Source of the DNA: Octopus vulgaris
Lineage: Eukaryota
Direction: 5' to 3'
DNA: 64,000 nucleotides
Assembly (NCBI GenBank): GCA_951406725.2
Contig: OX597815.1
Coordinates: 174,778,001-174,842,000, forward strand
In this document: positions 24,470 through 38,182 of the stretch, piece by piece
Layout: every line of letters begins with the position of its first letter
Numbering within the stretch: position 1 is the stretch's first letter
Notes under the pieces: generated by a model
What the model was told of the DNA's origin: nothing
Database searches by the model: none
The model's input: only the letters and a program-made list of their open reading frames with translations
Program-made: the position numbers and the translations under genes

Positions 24470-25800
24470 GACACATTCTCTCCAGCACTATCTGCTGCCA
24501 ATACTTTTTGTCTTTTGTCATCTCCTCCATGAGGTCAACATCCTAAGTTTGGTCTTCATCATTTTGGAATGTCGGATGACTTCTTACGTGCCGCTTTTCC
24601 ACAGGTTCCATCATCTTTGAAATCTCTACACTAATTTATACACAACTGATATCCTTCATATGCATTACATATCCTTATCAGTGCAGTTTTCTTTCTTGTA
24701 CTCTACATCTGACTTCTCTCATATCTAGTTTTTCTCTCAGCTCATTTCTGCTCAGTTAATCAGATGCACTAACACTACTTTATCATTTCTTTCTAGCTTT
24801 TGCAAATCTGCATTCAAGGCCCATATCTCACTACCATGCATCACTGTAGTACATACAAAAGCATCATACAATTTCTTTCTTTTTTTTTTTTATACCAGAA
24901 ATAGCTCCTTGAACTTCAGATTCAATTTTACACTGGCTGAAACACTTTCAGATCACCCACCTCTATTACTAATTAAGTCATCTGGTAACAAAAGCTAACT
25001 ATTTCTTAGGGAGCCATCCGGGGATTTGAGGAAATATATTTTACAGGTGCTTTAGTACTTATTGTATCTGTGCGTGTCTTCTCTGTTAGTTTTCCTGTGA
25101 TCCCATGAATGATAATGATAGGAGGGATACATGACAGTGAGATGAGTGATAAGGATACTCAATGGTCTTAGATATGTACATATATTGAAGACAATGTGGA
25201 CAGAAGGTAACATCCAGGAGATAGAATGGTGATAGAAACCCAGAATGTGTGAGCGAAAAGGAACGTGAGTATGATGGAAGGTGAGGGGAGAATGAAGGTT
25301 GTGTATTGGGCACAATTGGTCCCAATTTTCAGTTGATCTTCCTGTTTCTACAGGTACCATTCATTCTGAGTGTATGGCACTTCTTTATACAGCTATTATC
25401 CTCCATACATATTACATGTCAATATATATCACAATCTTCTCACTTGCACACTACATCTGACTCTTCTAATATGCAGTTTTTTTTCGGTTCTTTAATGTTC
25501 TGTCATTCATGCACATGACATTTCACATCAAGTGAAACATGCTTGCTTCATTTCTTTCTAGCCTCTAAAAATTCTCTATATACAAAGTCCATGTCCCACT
25601 ACCATGTAACATTGCACTTGATACACATATATCATGCAATCTGTACTTAACCCTGAGGGAGAAGCCTTTTGCTTCCAGTAGCGGTAGTAGCTCCCTGAAC
25701 TATTTTCCAGCCTTTCTTACTTTAGTAACTGTTCTCTGAACACTGCTACTTAGACCCATACTTCTAGGGAACCTTCCTAGCATTCAGCAGTATCTGTTTT
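24470..25800 (-). mobile_element. Highly degraded RTE-like LINE fragments
   Basis: Two similar decayed segments (~24470-25050 and ~25330-25800) share tcttcaca...ctacatctgact and ctaccatg...catacaa motifs, resembling the RTE ORF C-terminus on the minus strand. Confidence 0.4.
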
Positions 25801-26953
25801 CCATATATATATATATGTTTGTGTGTGTGTGTGTGTGTGTGTAAAATAGATACTGTCTTGATATCACGTGATAGTTGCCAATGAGCATCACCTTATTACA
25901 AGCCGTGTCCCCATTTCTAGTCTTCTGTGAAAAAAATTACTTAGCTTGGAAGCAGGTAGGGCATCCATCTGTGGAAAATTTGCTTCTACAAACTCCATTT
26001 GACAAAGTGGATAATAAAACAATGATGATGATTATATAAATATATATATATATATGTGTGTGTGTAAATATATGTTTGTGGATATTTGTATACCTATACA
26101 TATATTTAAACAGATTTATTTGTTTTTAGCAAAGAAACTGTCTTTAACATATTCTAGAGTTCATGTATGTTTGTGTTTGTATCTCTGTCTTCATTCCATG
26201 GTCTGCTTTCATACATTACATTATCAATTAAAAGAATTATTATTTGTAACTGTATGTATGAGATTTCAAGTGGATTATTACAAAACTAAAATATTACTGC
26301 CTTTCTGTGTTTGTGTTGTCAATCACTACTCCAACTTAGATACCTTTGATATTTGCTTTCTTGCTACATTATTACTTAATCTGAATTTTCAATCCATTGG
26401 ACTGGGTATTATGATATTATAAATGTCATTCAGTAGGTGTGTATAAATCTGTTTCTGAATAAATCATTGGTCAAAACAAACCATTGATGTAGACCTAGTT
26501 TCTTTCTCCAGTTTTGTTAGGTGTATGTTCCGTGCCATAAGAATCATGTCTCTTTATGTATATAGAGGAAGGAGTGACAAAGAGGGATCATAAAGATATT
26601 TACAGGTAAAATTGAAACACAATATGAATGGATGTAAACGGGTTCAAACACTTCATTAATTTTGATCAGATGTCATTGCAATTACAACAAACTTTGTACC
26701 AGTATAACTGCTGTATAAAATTTTTTGAATAAGTTATGTATTTTGAAAAAAAAAAGCAAATTTTAACTAATTATTGAACTTTACCAGTTAAAAGTGATCT
26801 TTTTACTTTACTAGCAAATGTATGGAGTTATTGCTGTCAACCATCAGTGCAAAAGGATATAAATGGCATAATGCACAATGTTATAACATTTATTATTGAA
26901 TGTTTCCATTTAAATACTTTCATTAAATTCATGAGGTGGAGTTAGAATGAAAT

Positions 26954-27208
26954 AGTGGCACATAAAAAGCACCATCCAACCGTGGCCGTTTGCCAGCCCC
27001 GTCTGACACAGGTGCCGGTGGCACGTAAAAAGCACCCACTACACTCACGGAGTGGTTGGCGTTAGGAAGGGCATCCAGCCGTAGAAACATTGCCAGATCA
27101 GACTGGGCCTGGTGCAGCCTTCTGGCTTCCCAGACCCCAGTTGAACCGTCCAACCCATGCTAGCATGGAAAGCGGACGCTAAATGATGATGATGATGATG
27201 ATGATGAT
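26954..27208 (+). mobile_element. (GAT)n-tailed retroposon copy
   Basis: gtggcacgtaaaaagcacccactacactc...catgctagcatggaaagcggacgctaaat followed by (gat)n. Confidence 0.85.
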
Positions 27209-27237
27209 TTTAATGAACACAATTCAGATTGTATTTA

Positions 27238-27455
27238 TAATCCTTTCTACTGTAGACACAAAGCCTAAAATTGTGAGGAAGGAGCAGTCAGTTATATTGA
27301 TCACAGTGTTCAAATGGTACTTATGTTATTGACCCCCCAAAAGGATGAAAGGCAAAGTTGACATTAGTAGCATTTGAATTCAGAACATAAAGACAGATGA
27401 AATGCTGCTCAGCATTTCATCTAGCATGATAATAATTCTGCCAGCTCGCAGCCTT
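27238..27455 (-). mobile_element. MetaSINE-like tRNA-derived SINE
   Basis: Reverse complement of the family at 62383 (gcctttcatcc...ggggtcaataacataagtacc core; gaattcaaat B-box-like). Confidence 0.65.
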
Positions 27456-27920
27456 AAATGTGTTTATAATAACCACAAAATGGTTTCATGAATTAGTCAT
27501 CACCACCAGCTTGCTGATGTAAGGGAAGTCCATCTCTGTTCATGATTTGCATTTGTGGAACTTTTGTGTAACATTACGCATACCTCTATTCCTGGAGAAC
27601 TGTAAGCTATCCATTGATAGCTGTGAGTTATCTATTGATTATTTTTTTCTCATTGTGACAAATCTATTCGCATGTAATTCACATGCCCTAGTATATAAAT
27701 CTTTCTCCAGTTTCTTATATAAAAAGACAGGTTATTACAGTTGGTATTTTCTTGACTCTGTGTTTTCAACAGTCTCTCAATAATTTTTCCAATGCATGAA
27801 TCCATCTTAGCACTTACTGTTTCAATACTGTTCAGCATATTCAGTAACACGCAGCTTAAAACCAGTTTCATTATATCCTTTAGTGTTCATGGTTTAGCTT
27901 CTAATCACTTTTGTCTTTAA

Positions 27921-28141
27921 CCCTTTTGATACCAACCTGGTTGAAACCAGTTCTGGCTTTGTAGTACAAATGTCCTGTCTTCATAAGTTTTGAATTAAAA
28001 TCTTCGACGAAACCTTAGTCACAATTTATGTTCCTAACACTAGCTTAATGATAACCAAGTTATTTTACTTAATTCTTTGTTATATTTAAAATAATTGAAA
28101 GAAACACAGAGCATCTCAAAATAAATACAGTAACGAAAGGG
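27921..28141. mobile_element. piggyBac-type MITE
   Basis: TTAA|CCCTTTTGATAC...GTAACGAAAGGG|TTAA: TTAA target duplication and CCC/GGG terminal inverted repeats. Confidence 0.8.
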
Positions 28142-30749
28142 TTAAGAATTATTTCCAACACTTCTACCAATGAATTTCTGCTGGTACAGGGAAAACTTTA
28201 GACAGATATGAGCAACGTAACATGACTATCATCACAGAAACTTTTGTTTTAGCAAACACAGATTCTTCATATGTGGTCATGTTTGATTTCATGTGTAATA
28301 TCTCCTGTGTTTATTTACAATGCTGATATTTATATAGACTGCACAGTGACATCTACTCAATCATTGCTGGTGGGTGGGTGTATGTGAGTATATATTAATG
28401 CACACTGGATTCCAAATCCAGAGCAAAGTTAAGTAAATAAGCTGCAGGCTGTTTTTTCATATCCATTATTTGAATAAAAAAACTACCAGTTACCTATTAG
28501 TATATGACTATATATGTGTTATCCCTATCATAGAAACATGTTATAGTGGTTTAAATTCTTCATTACAAATCAGTTAACTTGGGTAATAGATAAAATAAAC
28601 TTAAGTAATTCTGTTTAGAATATTGACACATACTTTAAAAGATAGGTAAGATTTAGTTGCCATGTTTTATGTGCACTCCTTATTTTTAGGTTTAAAATCT
28701 AGAAAATATGTCTATTGTACACAAATAAATATAATAATTTGATTCACAAACTTAAATATCTGTTCTTGATAAAATGTTTTATTTTATTGCTTTGTTTGTA
28801 AAATGCAGCTTCCATTGAGATGAATTTAAATAGCTAAATGTAACAAACTGAATATACAAATAACACATTCTTATAATAAACCACATTTGATACTAACAAT
28901 AAAACCATACTCTGATTGCTCTAGAAACAAATTAAGTCAGTAGTTTGAAGACTTGACTTGCAGCATAAAATTCTACTAAAGGCTAGTAGTTTTATATTAG
29001 CATGAGTTTAAGTGTGTGTGTGTGTGCATGCATGCTTGCATGGGTGCATATGTGCATACATTTACTTATGTGATTACATAGATCTTGTTGCTGACTGAGA
29101 AAGACCAGAGAAGTAGATAAGGGAAAAAGATTTGACTTCATTCAACAGTGTTGTGTTTCTGAAACCTTGTACTTTCAATGAAGTTATGTTGAAAAACCTG
29201 ATAAAGAGAAACTGAATATAACCTTGTTTCTCTCTGACAATTTTGCTCCGTGTTAAGTTAGAAATACTGCTGTATGTTTTTCGTGCTTTTGTGTAGGATT
29301 ATGATTTTTGTCTTTCAATGAAAGTTTAGCATGAAGTTAAGTTTTAAATATGATCTACAGTGATTTGACTTAACACCTTTTGCATGTCTTGTTGGAAAAC
29401 TGATGGAAGACAATCCTGCCTATTATAATAGTGTGTATCCATTTTATTTAAGCTCTGTATATGTTTTTAGTGACCTTCCATGTTCTATATACTTTTACAA
29501 AATATTTTTGTTAATGACACAAAATGTTCTCTCACATGAAAAAATATCTTTTTCCATAGTTCTTTTGGTCAAATTACTCAAGTTTTTTTAAGAAAATATC
29601 TTTTTCCATGGTTCTTTTGGTTAAATTACAAAATGTTTCTGTAATTTTTGAAGCAGAATATAAGATTTTAAAAGAATTATAATTTGTATTTTTATAAAAA
29701 TCACAAATGACATGCTCATAATTTCAAAAGATAATATCTAAGACAATTAAGAAGATAATATATATATATATATGGCAAGAGGCTAATATATTCATTGGGG
29801 GTTTCAAGGATGAGATTTGTGAGATTGATGCCATTAATGTTATGCTTGAAATGTTCCAAGCTGATAGCTGTAAGAAAAATGTTCAAAAATTCTAGAAGGC
29901 CACTTTTCATAATTTTTTGTATGTATCCAAATGGATATTATTAATCCATAGTAGATGTAAAGCAGAATTAGGAATGGAAAGAAATCAATAGGTGGCTGGA
30001 CATGTGATGTAACAGCTGGTGCAAAATGTTTTGATTTATTAGTAAAACATTTCTGCCCTTAAGAGTAGGTAAATATTAGCTTTGAATTTAATCCATCATT
30101 CAGTATAAATTTAAATAAAATAGATACTTCCAAAAAGTTACATATTCTACAATATCTTCAATATGAAGTTACATAAGATTAGAACACTTAATATTAGTTA
30201 CTAACTTATCAAGGTAAGCAGAGTTATGCCCCCTAGATTGTTCCTCTCTGAAAAATAAATTCATCACATATAAACATGACCTCACACAATATTTTAACAG
30301 AGAACGTTTTTAAAAACTGTCTTTGCACATCAGCTTATTAAAAATCACAGCAAAATAATTAGCTTGTAACTTTTTCAGCTTGTATAGGACAAAAGGAGAA
30401 CTCATTGCAATTTTCAACAAAATTTTGACATTGCAGCACGCTTGGCATGAATCAACCTCTCTGAAAGAAGTGTAGTTAAGGTTCTGTGCTACAGAACAGT
30501 TAAAACTAAAACATTAATAAATGTACTTCTACTACTATTGTTTTATTGAAACCAGAGGATTGATCTATCAGTTGTACAACTGTATTATAAATAAGGATAT
30601 GGTGATGAATCTCCAATGTATCATTTATCTTTTACTTTTTACTTGTTTTGGTCACTGGGCTGTCGCCATACTGAGGCACTGTCTTGAATAGTTTAATCAA
30701 ACAAACACTAATACAAAGGCACACACATACATACATACATACGTACGTA

Positions 30750-31432
30750 TGTGGCTGTGTGGTAAGAAGCTTGCTTCCCAGCCACATGATTCTGGGTTCA
30801 GTCCCATTATGTGGTACCGTGGGTTAGTGTTTTCTACCATTTTTATATTTCTTGCTTGCTTTTGTCCTTTAAAATATTGTTTTTGTTGTTGTGGAATCTC
30901 TTGTGGAGCATTTTTTTAGATTCTGTGCCCTTTCAGTTATATCTATCAATACAATTCTATCATGGTGTGAAGCAGTTCGTTCTGTTCTTAATACAAGTAG
31001 ATCAAACTTGTTCAAGATCATAATATTTATCATTGGAACTGAACGTATAGCATAAGACTATATGAAAGCCTTGTGCGTGGATGGGTTCAGTCCCATTATG
31101 TGGTACCGTGGGTTAGTATTTTCTACAATGAAAGCCTTGTGTGTGGATTTGGTTGATGGAAATTGAAAGAAGCCCTTCACACACACATGCGCATGTGTGT
31201 GTGTATCTATCTGTTTGTCTATGTGTTTTTGTGTAAGTGCTTGTCCTGCGCCACCACTTGCCAACCAGTGTTGGTTTATTTATGTCTCCATAACTTAGCA
31301 ATTTAACAAAACTCACTGACTGAATAAGTGCCAGGCTTCCAAAAAAATATGTACTGAGCTGATTTGTTTGACTAAACCTGTCATGAAATTGCTCCAGTAT
31401 GGTCACAATTCAATGACTGAAACAGGTGAAAG
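30750..31432 (+). mobile_element. tRNA-derived SINE carrying a templated intronic insertion
   Basis: gtggctgtgtggtaag A box, gggttcagtccc B box, family 3' end caatgactgaaacagg; interrupted at ~30838-31081. Confidence 0.75.
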
Positions 31433-31829
31433 GTAATATATAGAGATATTAGAAGACACTTGCTCAAGATATACAGTGAGACTGAGCTCAGAACCACGAA
31501 GTTCCAAAGTTAGCTTCTTAACCACACAGTCATGCCTGTACCTATATAATATCATTTTATATAATCCTTTTGGGAGGTTTTCAAACTAGCTTCTATTTGT
31601 TCTCTTTGTATTACTTCTCTTTGCAAGTACATTGTTAAACTACATTACTAGTGTTCAGTGGTCGACTCATCCGGATTTTTATTAAGGACTTGTTGCACAT
31701 AGCAGGTACCCTCTGTTTCCAGGATTAGCATGGAAAAATGAAATATGCGAAAATTTGTGAGCATGTGTTTGTGTGTACACAGACACAGTCATATACTCTG
31801 CTCCATGTTCTGTTTCTATTATTTTTCAG

Positions 31830-31925
31830 CACATTGACAATGTTATGAATGGCTATGGCGACCAAATTATGCAAGCTGTTGTTTTTATCTTGGAAGGTGA
31901 ACATTGTGTTGATATCAAGGAACAG
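31830..31925 (+). CDS. ARMC8: ARMC8 coding exon D
   Basis: tttttcag|CAC...CAG|gtatgt, 96 nt. [32 protein letters not shown]. Confidence 0.94.
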
Positions 31926-32711
31926 GTATGTTTATGGTAATTTTATTTATAAAACACAGAATGTAAAACTTGTTGACTTTATTTAACATGATAGATCTGC
32001 TTAGGTACTGTGCGTAGGTAGATTTCTAAGGTGCCCTTGTCAGTGACACGTAAAAGACACCCATTACACTCTTGGAGTGGTTGGCATTAGGAAGAGCATC
32101 CAGTTGCAGAAACCAAGCCTGGTACAGCTCTCTGCCTTACTAGTTCCAGTCAAACCATCTAAGCCATGCCAGCATGGAAAGTAGACACTAAATGATGATG
32201 ATATTTGAGACTAATGTAATGAAAGAGCTTCTTCATGATCACTCAATCTGCTAGAAATAGCAGTCTAATTTGTATTTACTTTCTTCATCTCCAAGTTTTA
32301 TAAATCTTCTTTGGCTTTCTGTTTCAATGACATATAGCATCATCTTTGTAACTTGAGTGAATGAAGAAGCTTGTGTATAGTCACTTGATTGGCTAGAAAT
32401 AATAGCTGTAGTCAAGTTTTGTGTCTGTTTCTAACTAGGTAGTAATAATAATAATAATAATAATGATAATGAACTTATTGTATACAGTGCTGAGGTGCAC
32501 TACAACTGATCAGAAAATGTAGCTATAAGTATCTATGCCTAGGGAAGCAACAATAATCTTTAATCACTCACTGACTGTTTTCACTATTCCAATTTGTTGT
32601 AGCTTGTTTTCTGATTATTACATTAAGCCATTATGCAACATTTGGTGATTCGATTGTTGAGGTCCATATGATTCTATTTATTCATAAAATTACATATTTT
32701 TGTCTCCATAG

Positions 32712-32807
32712 GCTCTGTGTATATTAGGTCATATTGCTGATGGAAAGACTGCTAAGGATTTCATCGTGGGGAATGAAGATGTTCTTCGAAAATTAATAAA
32801 TTATATG
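32712..32807 (+). CDS. ARMC8: ARMC8 coding exon E
   Basis: ccatag|GCT...ATG|gtaagt, 96 nt. ALCILGHIADGKTAKDFIVGNEDVLRKLINYM. Confidence 0.94.
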
Positions 32808-33369
32808 GTAAGTCTTATTGATCTGTTTTTTTTTGTTTTTTTTTTATAGCTGAACAAAACTTTAAGTACAATAATATTTTGCATTTTGTAGTACTCAAGC
32901 AATTGTATTAAATTAATTTCCTCAGGCATAAATGGATGTGTGGTTAAGAAGTTTGCTTGCCAACTATGTGGCTTCAGGTTCAGTGTCACTACATGGCACC
33001 TTGAACAAGTATCTTCTACTATAGTTCTGGGCTGATGAAAGCCTTGTGAGTGTATTTAGTAGACAGATACTGTAAGAAGACTGTTGATCATATATATAAA
33101 TATGTGTTTTTTTCGTTTACATTTCATTCACTCTATGCTTTCATACAGATGTAAAATAAGAAATTTCTTAGTTGAAAAACAGGTAAGAGTTAGCATCAGG
33201 AAATGCATCTGGCTGTCATATAATGCCTCAGTAACATATTTATCTCACCCATGCAGACATGGAAAAACCAATGCAAAAGCAAATATATATTTAGAGCTAA
33301 TGCTTATCACCACTTAAACATGGCTGTTCCATAGGGACTGACGTTACTGCTATTTATTGCTTAATATAT

Positions 33370-33754
33370 TCTCTTTTACTTGTTCCTGTCATTTGACTGC
33401 GGCCATGCTGGAGCACCGCTTTTAGTCGAGCAAATCGAGCCTGGGACTTATTCTTTGTAAGCCTAGTACTTATTCGATCAGTCTCTTTTGCCAAACTGCT
33501 AAGGGACGGGGGACATAAACACACCAGCATCGGTTGTCAAACAATTCTAGGGGGACAAACACAGACACACACATATATATATACATATATATGACGGGCT
33601 TCTTTCAGTTTCTGTCTACCAAATCTACTCACAAGGCTTTGGTCGGCCCGAGGTTATAGTAGAAGACACTTGCTCAAGATGCCATCTAGTGGGACTGAAC
33701 CCGGAACCATGTGGTTGGTAAGCAAGCTACTTACCACACAGCCACTCCTGTGCC
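33370..33754 (-). mobile_element. Full-length tRNA-derived SINE
   Basis: Minus strand ggcacaggagtggctgtgtggtaag (A box), gggttcagtccc (B box), then the gtaaaagag tail. Confidence 0.85.
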
Positions 33755-33916
33755 TATATTTAACTTTGCTCTAAAATAAGGTTTGGGTTATAACCTGATA
33801 GACAACAAGTCTCATGCTGCTTTAGTACAATCAAATGCTTTCTAGTTATATTTATATGTCTTTCTTTTGATATCTGGAATTAATTCTAATTTTGTTTACA
33901 TTCTTTTCTTCATCAG

Positions 33917-33989
33917 GTACACAATAATGAAAAAGTCCAACTAGCTGCAGTCTATTGCATCTGTAACCTGGTGTGGAATGATGATGAGG
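33917..33989 (+). CDS. ARMC8: ARMC8 coding exon F
   Basis: catcag|GTA...GAG G|gtatga, 73 nt, ends in phase 1. VHNNEKVQLAAVYCICNLVWNDDE(G). Confidence 0.92.
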
Positions 33990-35284
33990 GTATGATGCTT
34001 TTAAATGATATTTTTTGTGAACTTTACAAAAATGTCACATTGTTTTTGATAAATAAAATGCACTTGATTGGAATTAATTCTTTACAAGAGACTGGCAGAA
34101 CCATTAGAATTTTTGTCAAAATGTCATGTGGCGTTTGTTCATGTGGTATTTATGTTCTGCATTAAAATCCTTTCAAGGTTAACTTCACTTTCCTCTGTCC
34201 AGCTATTGACAAAATTATGGACTAGTCAAACAGTGAAGTTGATTTAATTGGCCAAACCTCTTACTCAAAAACTGCTAGCCTTGTACTTAAATTAGAAGCA
34301 GTTATGAATTGTTTTTGAACAGGGTATTGGCAAAATCATTAGACCAATGGACAAAGTACCTTGTAGTAATTCTCTGGCATTTACATACTGAGTTCAAATT
34401 CCTGTCATCCCCCTGGGGTTGACAAAATAAAGTACTAGTTTAAGTACTGGGGTTGATTTGATTGATTTAACCTCTCTTCCTCCTAATTTGGGGTTTTGTG
34501 TCTATGTTAGTAGCAATCATGATTATTATTGTTTTTTTTACTTAGTTGTTTATTAAATTAAAAAAATAAATTTTTGTATTGTTTTTCCTTCATCAAAAAA
34601 TTACAATTAGGTATTTCCACTACAAGAGTAAATATTTTAAAAAATTATTCTATTCCATTTTGCTTGCTTTTGTCCTTTAAAATATTGTTTTGGTTGTTGT
34701 GGAATCTCTTGTGGAGCATTTTTTTAGATTCTGTGCCCTTTCAGTTATATCTATCAATACAATTCTATCATGGTGTGAAGCAGTTCATTCTGTTCTTAAC
34801 ACAAGTAGATCAAACTTGTTCAAGATCATAATATTTATCATTGGAACTGAACGTATAGCATAAAAAAACTGAGAGATCTATATCTGTTTGGTCAGTGAGC
34901 CTTTGAATTTTGTTTTAATCACATATTGTAGTTGATAGTATTGATTTGATTATCACGTTCCTTCCTGCTCATTGGTGCGCTTTGAATTTTTGAAATTTAC
35001 TTAAGATTTTGGCATAGATATTTCAAAATTATACTTCATTTCTGTCACTTTTCACTATTTGTCCTAAATTAAGGCCGATACTAGTTTCCAGAAGCTCTGA
35101 CTGGACAATTTAATGATTTACTTCAAAATAAAGTGTTTTTCATGGTATCTGTAGTTTTCTTTTGGTGTTTGCGATCTTTGTTAAATTATAATTATATTTA
35201 GAAATTATATTTACATTAAAGTTGGTATTATTCTATCTCTCCTGGTCCTTTTCAAACAAATTATTCACTTACTCTTTGCTTCAG

Positions 35285-35378
35285 GGTCGGCAGAAAGACA
35301 AGCACGGCTGCGAGATTTAGGTGTTCAGAAATCTCTTCAACAACTGTCCACAACAACTACAGGGGATCTGCAACAAAG
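35285..35378 (+). CDS. ARMC8: ARMC8 coding exon G
   Basis: ttcag|GG TCG...CAA AG|gtctgt, 94 nt, phase 1 in and phase 2 out. (G)SAERQARLRDLGVQKSLQQLSTTTTGDLQQ(R). Confidence 0.9.
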
Positions 35379-35696
35379 GTCTGTCATGTTTGATTTCTTA
35401 TGACATTAATCTATTTATCACATCTAGTTCACATCTCACTTCTTAGTGTTAATAGCTATTGGTTTGATATTAGGAAATCAGAAATATATTGAGTTCTCAT
35501 GTTACAGTAATATTTAGAATTTGGTTGGAGAACTGGTGTTTACAATATAATATGGCCATAAAAAGCCATGCCAGCATAGAACATGGATATTTGATGATGT
35601 TGGCTGGCTGTACTGATTATTAATTTTAGATACAGAGTTGAATTCTGTAAAAAGAAAAAAAAAGAAAAGCACATTCTAGACACATCTTTTAATTTT

Positions 35697-36229
35697 GGCA
35701 TCCGTGCTAGCAGGGTGCAGAGAGCACCATGTGAATGTGATCGTTGACAGAGCGGATAACCGGCTTCCGTGCCAGTGGCACATAAAAGGCACCATTCGAG
35801 TGTGATCATTACCAGCGTCGCCTTACTGGCACTTGTGCCCGTGCTAGTAGGGTGCCAGGAGCACCATCCAAGCATGATCGTTGCCAGAGCAGCCAACTGG
35901 CTTCTGTGCTGGTGACACGTAAAAAGGGCACCATTCGAGCGTGATCGTTACCAACGTTGCCTTGCTGGCACCTGTACCGGTGGCATGTGTAAAAAGATTC
36001 CAGTGAGGTCATTGCCAATACCGCCTGACTGGCCCCCATGCCAGTGGCACGTAAAAAGCACCCACTACACTCTCGGAGTGGTTGGCGTTAGGAAGGGCAT
36101 CCAGCTGTAGAAACTCTGCCAGATCAAGATTGGAGCCTGGTGCAGCCATCTGGTTCACCAGCCCTCAGTCAAAATCGTCCAACCCATGCTAGCATGGAAA
36201 GCGGACGTTAAACGATGATGATGATGATG
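35697..36229 (+). mobile_element. (GAT)n-tailed retroposon with an internal tandem array
   Basis: Repeated gcaccattcgagcgtgatcgtt.ccag units, a conserved 3' end and (gat)n. Confidence 0.85.
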
Positions 36230-36356
36230 AATTTTTTAAATGTAGATTTGAAAAGGTATTTAAATGGTAGCCTTAACAAAACTAACTGAGTTTAACTAAA
36301 ATGAATAACTATTTTTGAAATTCTCTAGACATGTGATTTTTCTCTCTCTGTTTCAG

Positions 36357-36387
36357 GGTGAAGCTAGCTCTTCAGCAATTTTCCTGA
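36357..36387 (+). CDS. ARMC8: ARMC8 terminal coding exon
   Basis: Polypyrimidine tract then tttcag|G GTG AAG CTA GCT CTT CAG CAA TTT TCC TGA = (R)VKLALQQFS*, comparable to the vertebrate C-terminus KAKMALQQYLA*. Confidence 0.9.
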
Positions 36388-37022
36388 CAATATCTGAAAC
36401 TATTTGCTGTGGATCCCGAGCAGAGACTGTAGCAGGATATCCCAACAACTATTGGCAGAGAGCAGAATGCTTTCTCAAACAACATCGCTGCTATTTCTTG
36501 TCCAGTTATTGTAGGCAAGACATGATGAAGTTTGTTTCTCACCTTGACTAGCTGGAGATTTTGGAATACAAGTGCAAATAATATTGCATTTTCTGTTGTA
36601 TTGCTAATCACCGGAATGATTTTGTGTGTGTGTAAGATTTTGCTACAACATATGCACTCTATTAACATAATCAAGTGGTTAACAGCAAACGTTGGGTTAC
36701 TGTACATTGCAGACTTTTAAATACGTTGGTAATGTGAGTGTGTGACAAGGTACATTTTCTTGATGTGCCTTCTAAAACGAGATTTATATGATTTAAAGTT
36801 TTGCTCTTTATTAGATAAAAGTGTCTGTGTATATACATGTATGTGTCCATGTGAAATTTTGTGTGTGTTCTTAAAAATAAATTCAGTATACACACAGAAA
36901 CACATCAGTATGCATGACATTAGTTTTTATTTTTTTTAAACAATTTCCTTTGATTTCATCATTAAAATTTCCCTATTATCTGACTGGATACTTGGAATGT
37001 CAGTGATTTGTAACCCAAGTAA

Positions 37023-37028
37023 AATAAA
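37023..37028 (+). terminator. Candidate ARMC8 polyadenylation signal
   Basis: AATAAA about 640 nt after the stop codon, followed by T-rich sequence. Alternative hexamers occur upstream (AATAAA ~36876, ATTAAA 36961). Confidence 0.4.
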
Positions 37029-37160
37029 CTGTCATATTGTCATATCGAACAAGTCCTTTGATTATTTTTTTTTATTCAATCTCTAGTTTCATTTTCAGGA
37101 ACTTCACTTTTAACTGCTCATCTGCATAAATGTCAAAGATATTTTAAAGATTATTTTTAA

Positions 37161-37376
37161 CCCTTTAGCATTTAAACTGGCCATATCTGGTCCAAATTAT
37201 TCTGTCTTGTGCCCAAACAGGCCAGATCTGGCTTCTCACATCTACCCTACAATTTAATTCTAAAAATATGCAACCACCTCATCAAAATCTTGAAGATACA
37301 AAGTAATTCATAATTAATTCAAAACAATGTGAATAAATAAACATTACATTTGACAGAGTAATCTGAATGGTAATGG
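37161..37376. mobile_element. piggyBac-type MITE (diverged); a partial second copy starts at ~38931
   Basis: TTAA|CCCTTTAGCATT...gaatggtaatgg|TTAA. Confidence 0.55.
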
Positions 37377-38000
37377 TTAACAAGTATATATTGTTAGGAT
37401 GGAAAAACTAGCAGTAACATGTTGTCTTGGTTGGTAAGCAGGTGAATTATTACTTTTGTTGGTATTTAGGATTCAATCAAAATGTTGAACATAAGGAGAG
37501 TGTCTATATCTGCAATATGGTAGATAATGGTAAATCAAAGAAGGCTTAAGAGTTTGAGATGAAGAAAGTATGTACAGTATCCATTGTGGACAAAGAAGAC
37601 AGGTTAAGTTTAAGTTGGTGATTAGAAGTTATTGCCTGCTAAGAGGACAACTCTATGAATTGTGTTTGATTAAAAAATGTCATGAGATGGCAAGAAATAA
37701 TGGAGTGGCTAGTGAGGGGATCAAAGTGAACTTATAATTTAATAGTTTAATCATATATTATAAAGTTAGGCCTTACAAATGATACAGAATAAAAGTACTT
37801 TGAAATATGGTGTGCAAACTTCTTAAAGGGAAGTCATACATTTGACTATCACAATAGTGTTGGTATTTTGGCAGTTAAGAAGTTTTTTTAAACAACATTA
37901 ATTCACATGCTGCTGATTACTAATTAAAACAAATATTAAAACTGAATAAAGATGGTTTTGAAATTATTTTGCTCTTGTTAATATTATGTTTTTGCATTCA

Positions 38001-38182
38001 ATTTTTCGAGTTGAAATCGGGTGATTTCTACCAATGAGGTATTGAAAATCTTGTGGAACATTGGGAAGAAATTGTGAACAACAAGGGTGAATACATTATT
38101 GATTAATTAGTTGTTATTTTTTATTAAACCTATTAAAAAATTTAAATTTAAAAAAACGACAGGAACTTAGTTGCCAACCCAT
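38001..38182 (+). mobile_element. mariner transposon 3' remnant
   Basis: Encodes FFELKSGDFYQ*GIENLVEHWEEIVNNKGEYIID* (mariner transposase C-terminus), followed by TIR-like aacttagttgccaaccc. Confidence 0.75.

Noticed and set aside
33700-33754. tRNA-like A/B boxes (also at ~55130-55188 and ~62383-62470)
   Set aside because: These are SINE heads continuing into SINE bodies; no complete cloverleaf was seen.
35697-36060. Regularly spaced repeats superficially like a CRISPR array
   Set aside because: Eukaryotic context, degenerate units with related spacers, no cas genes, and part of a multi-copy retroposon.
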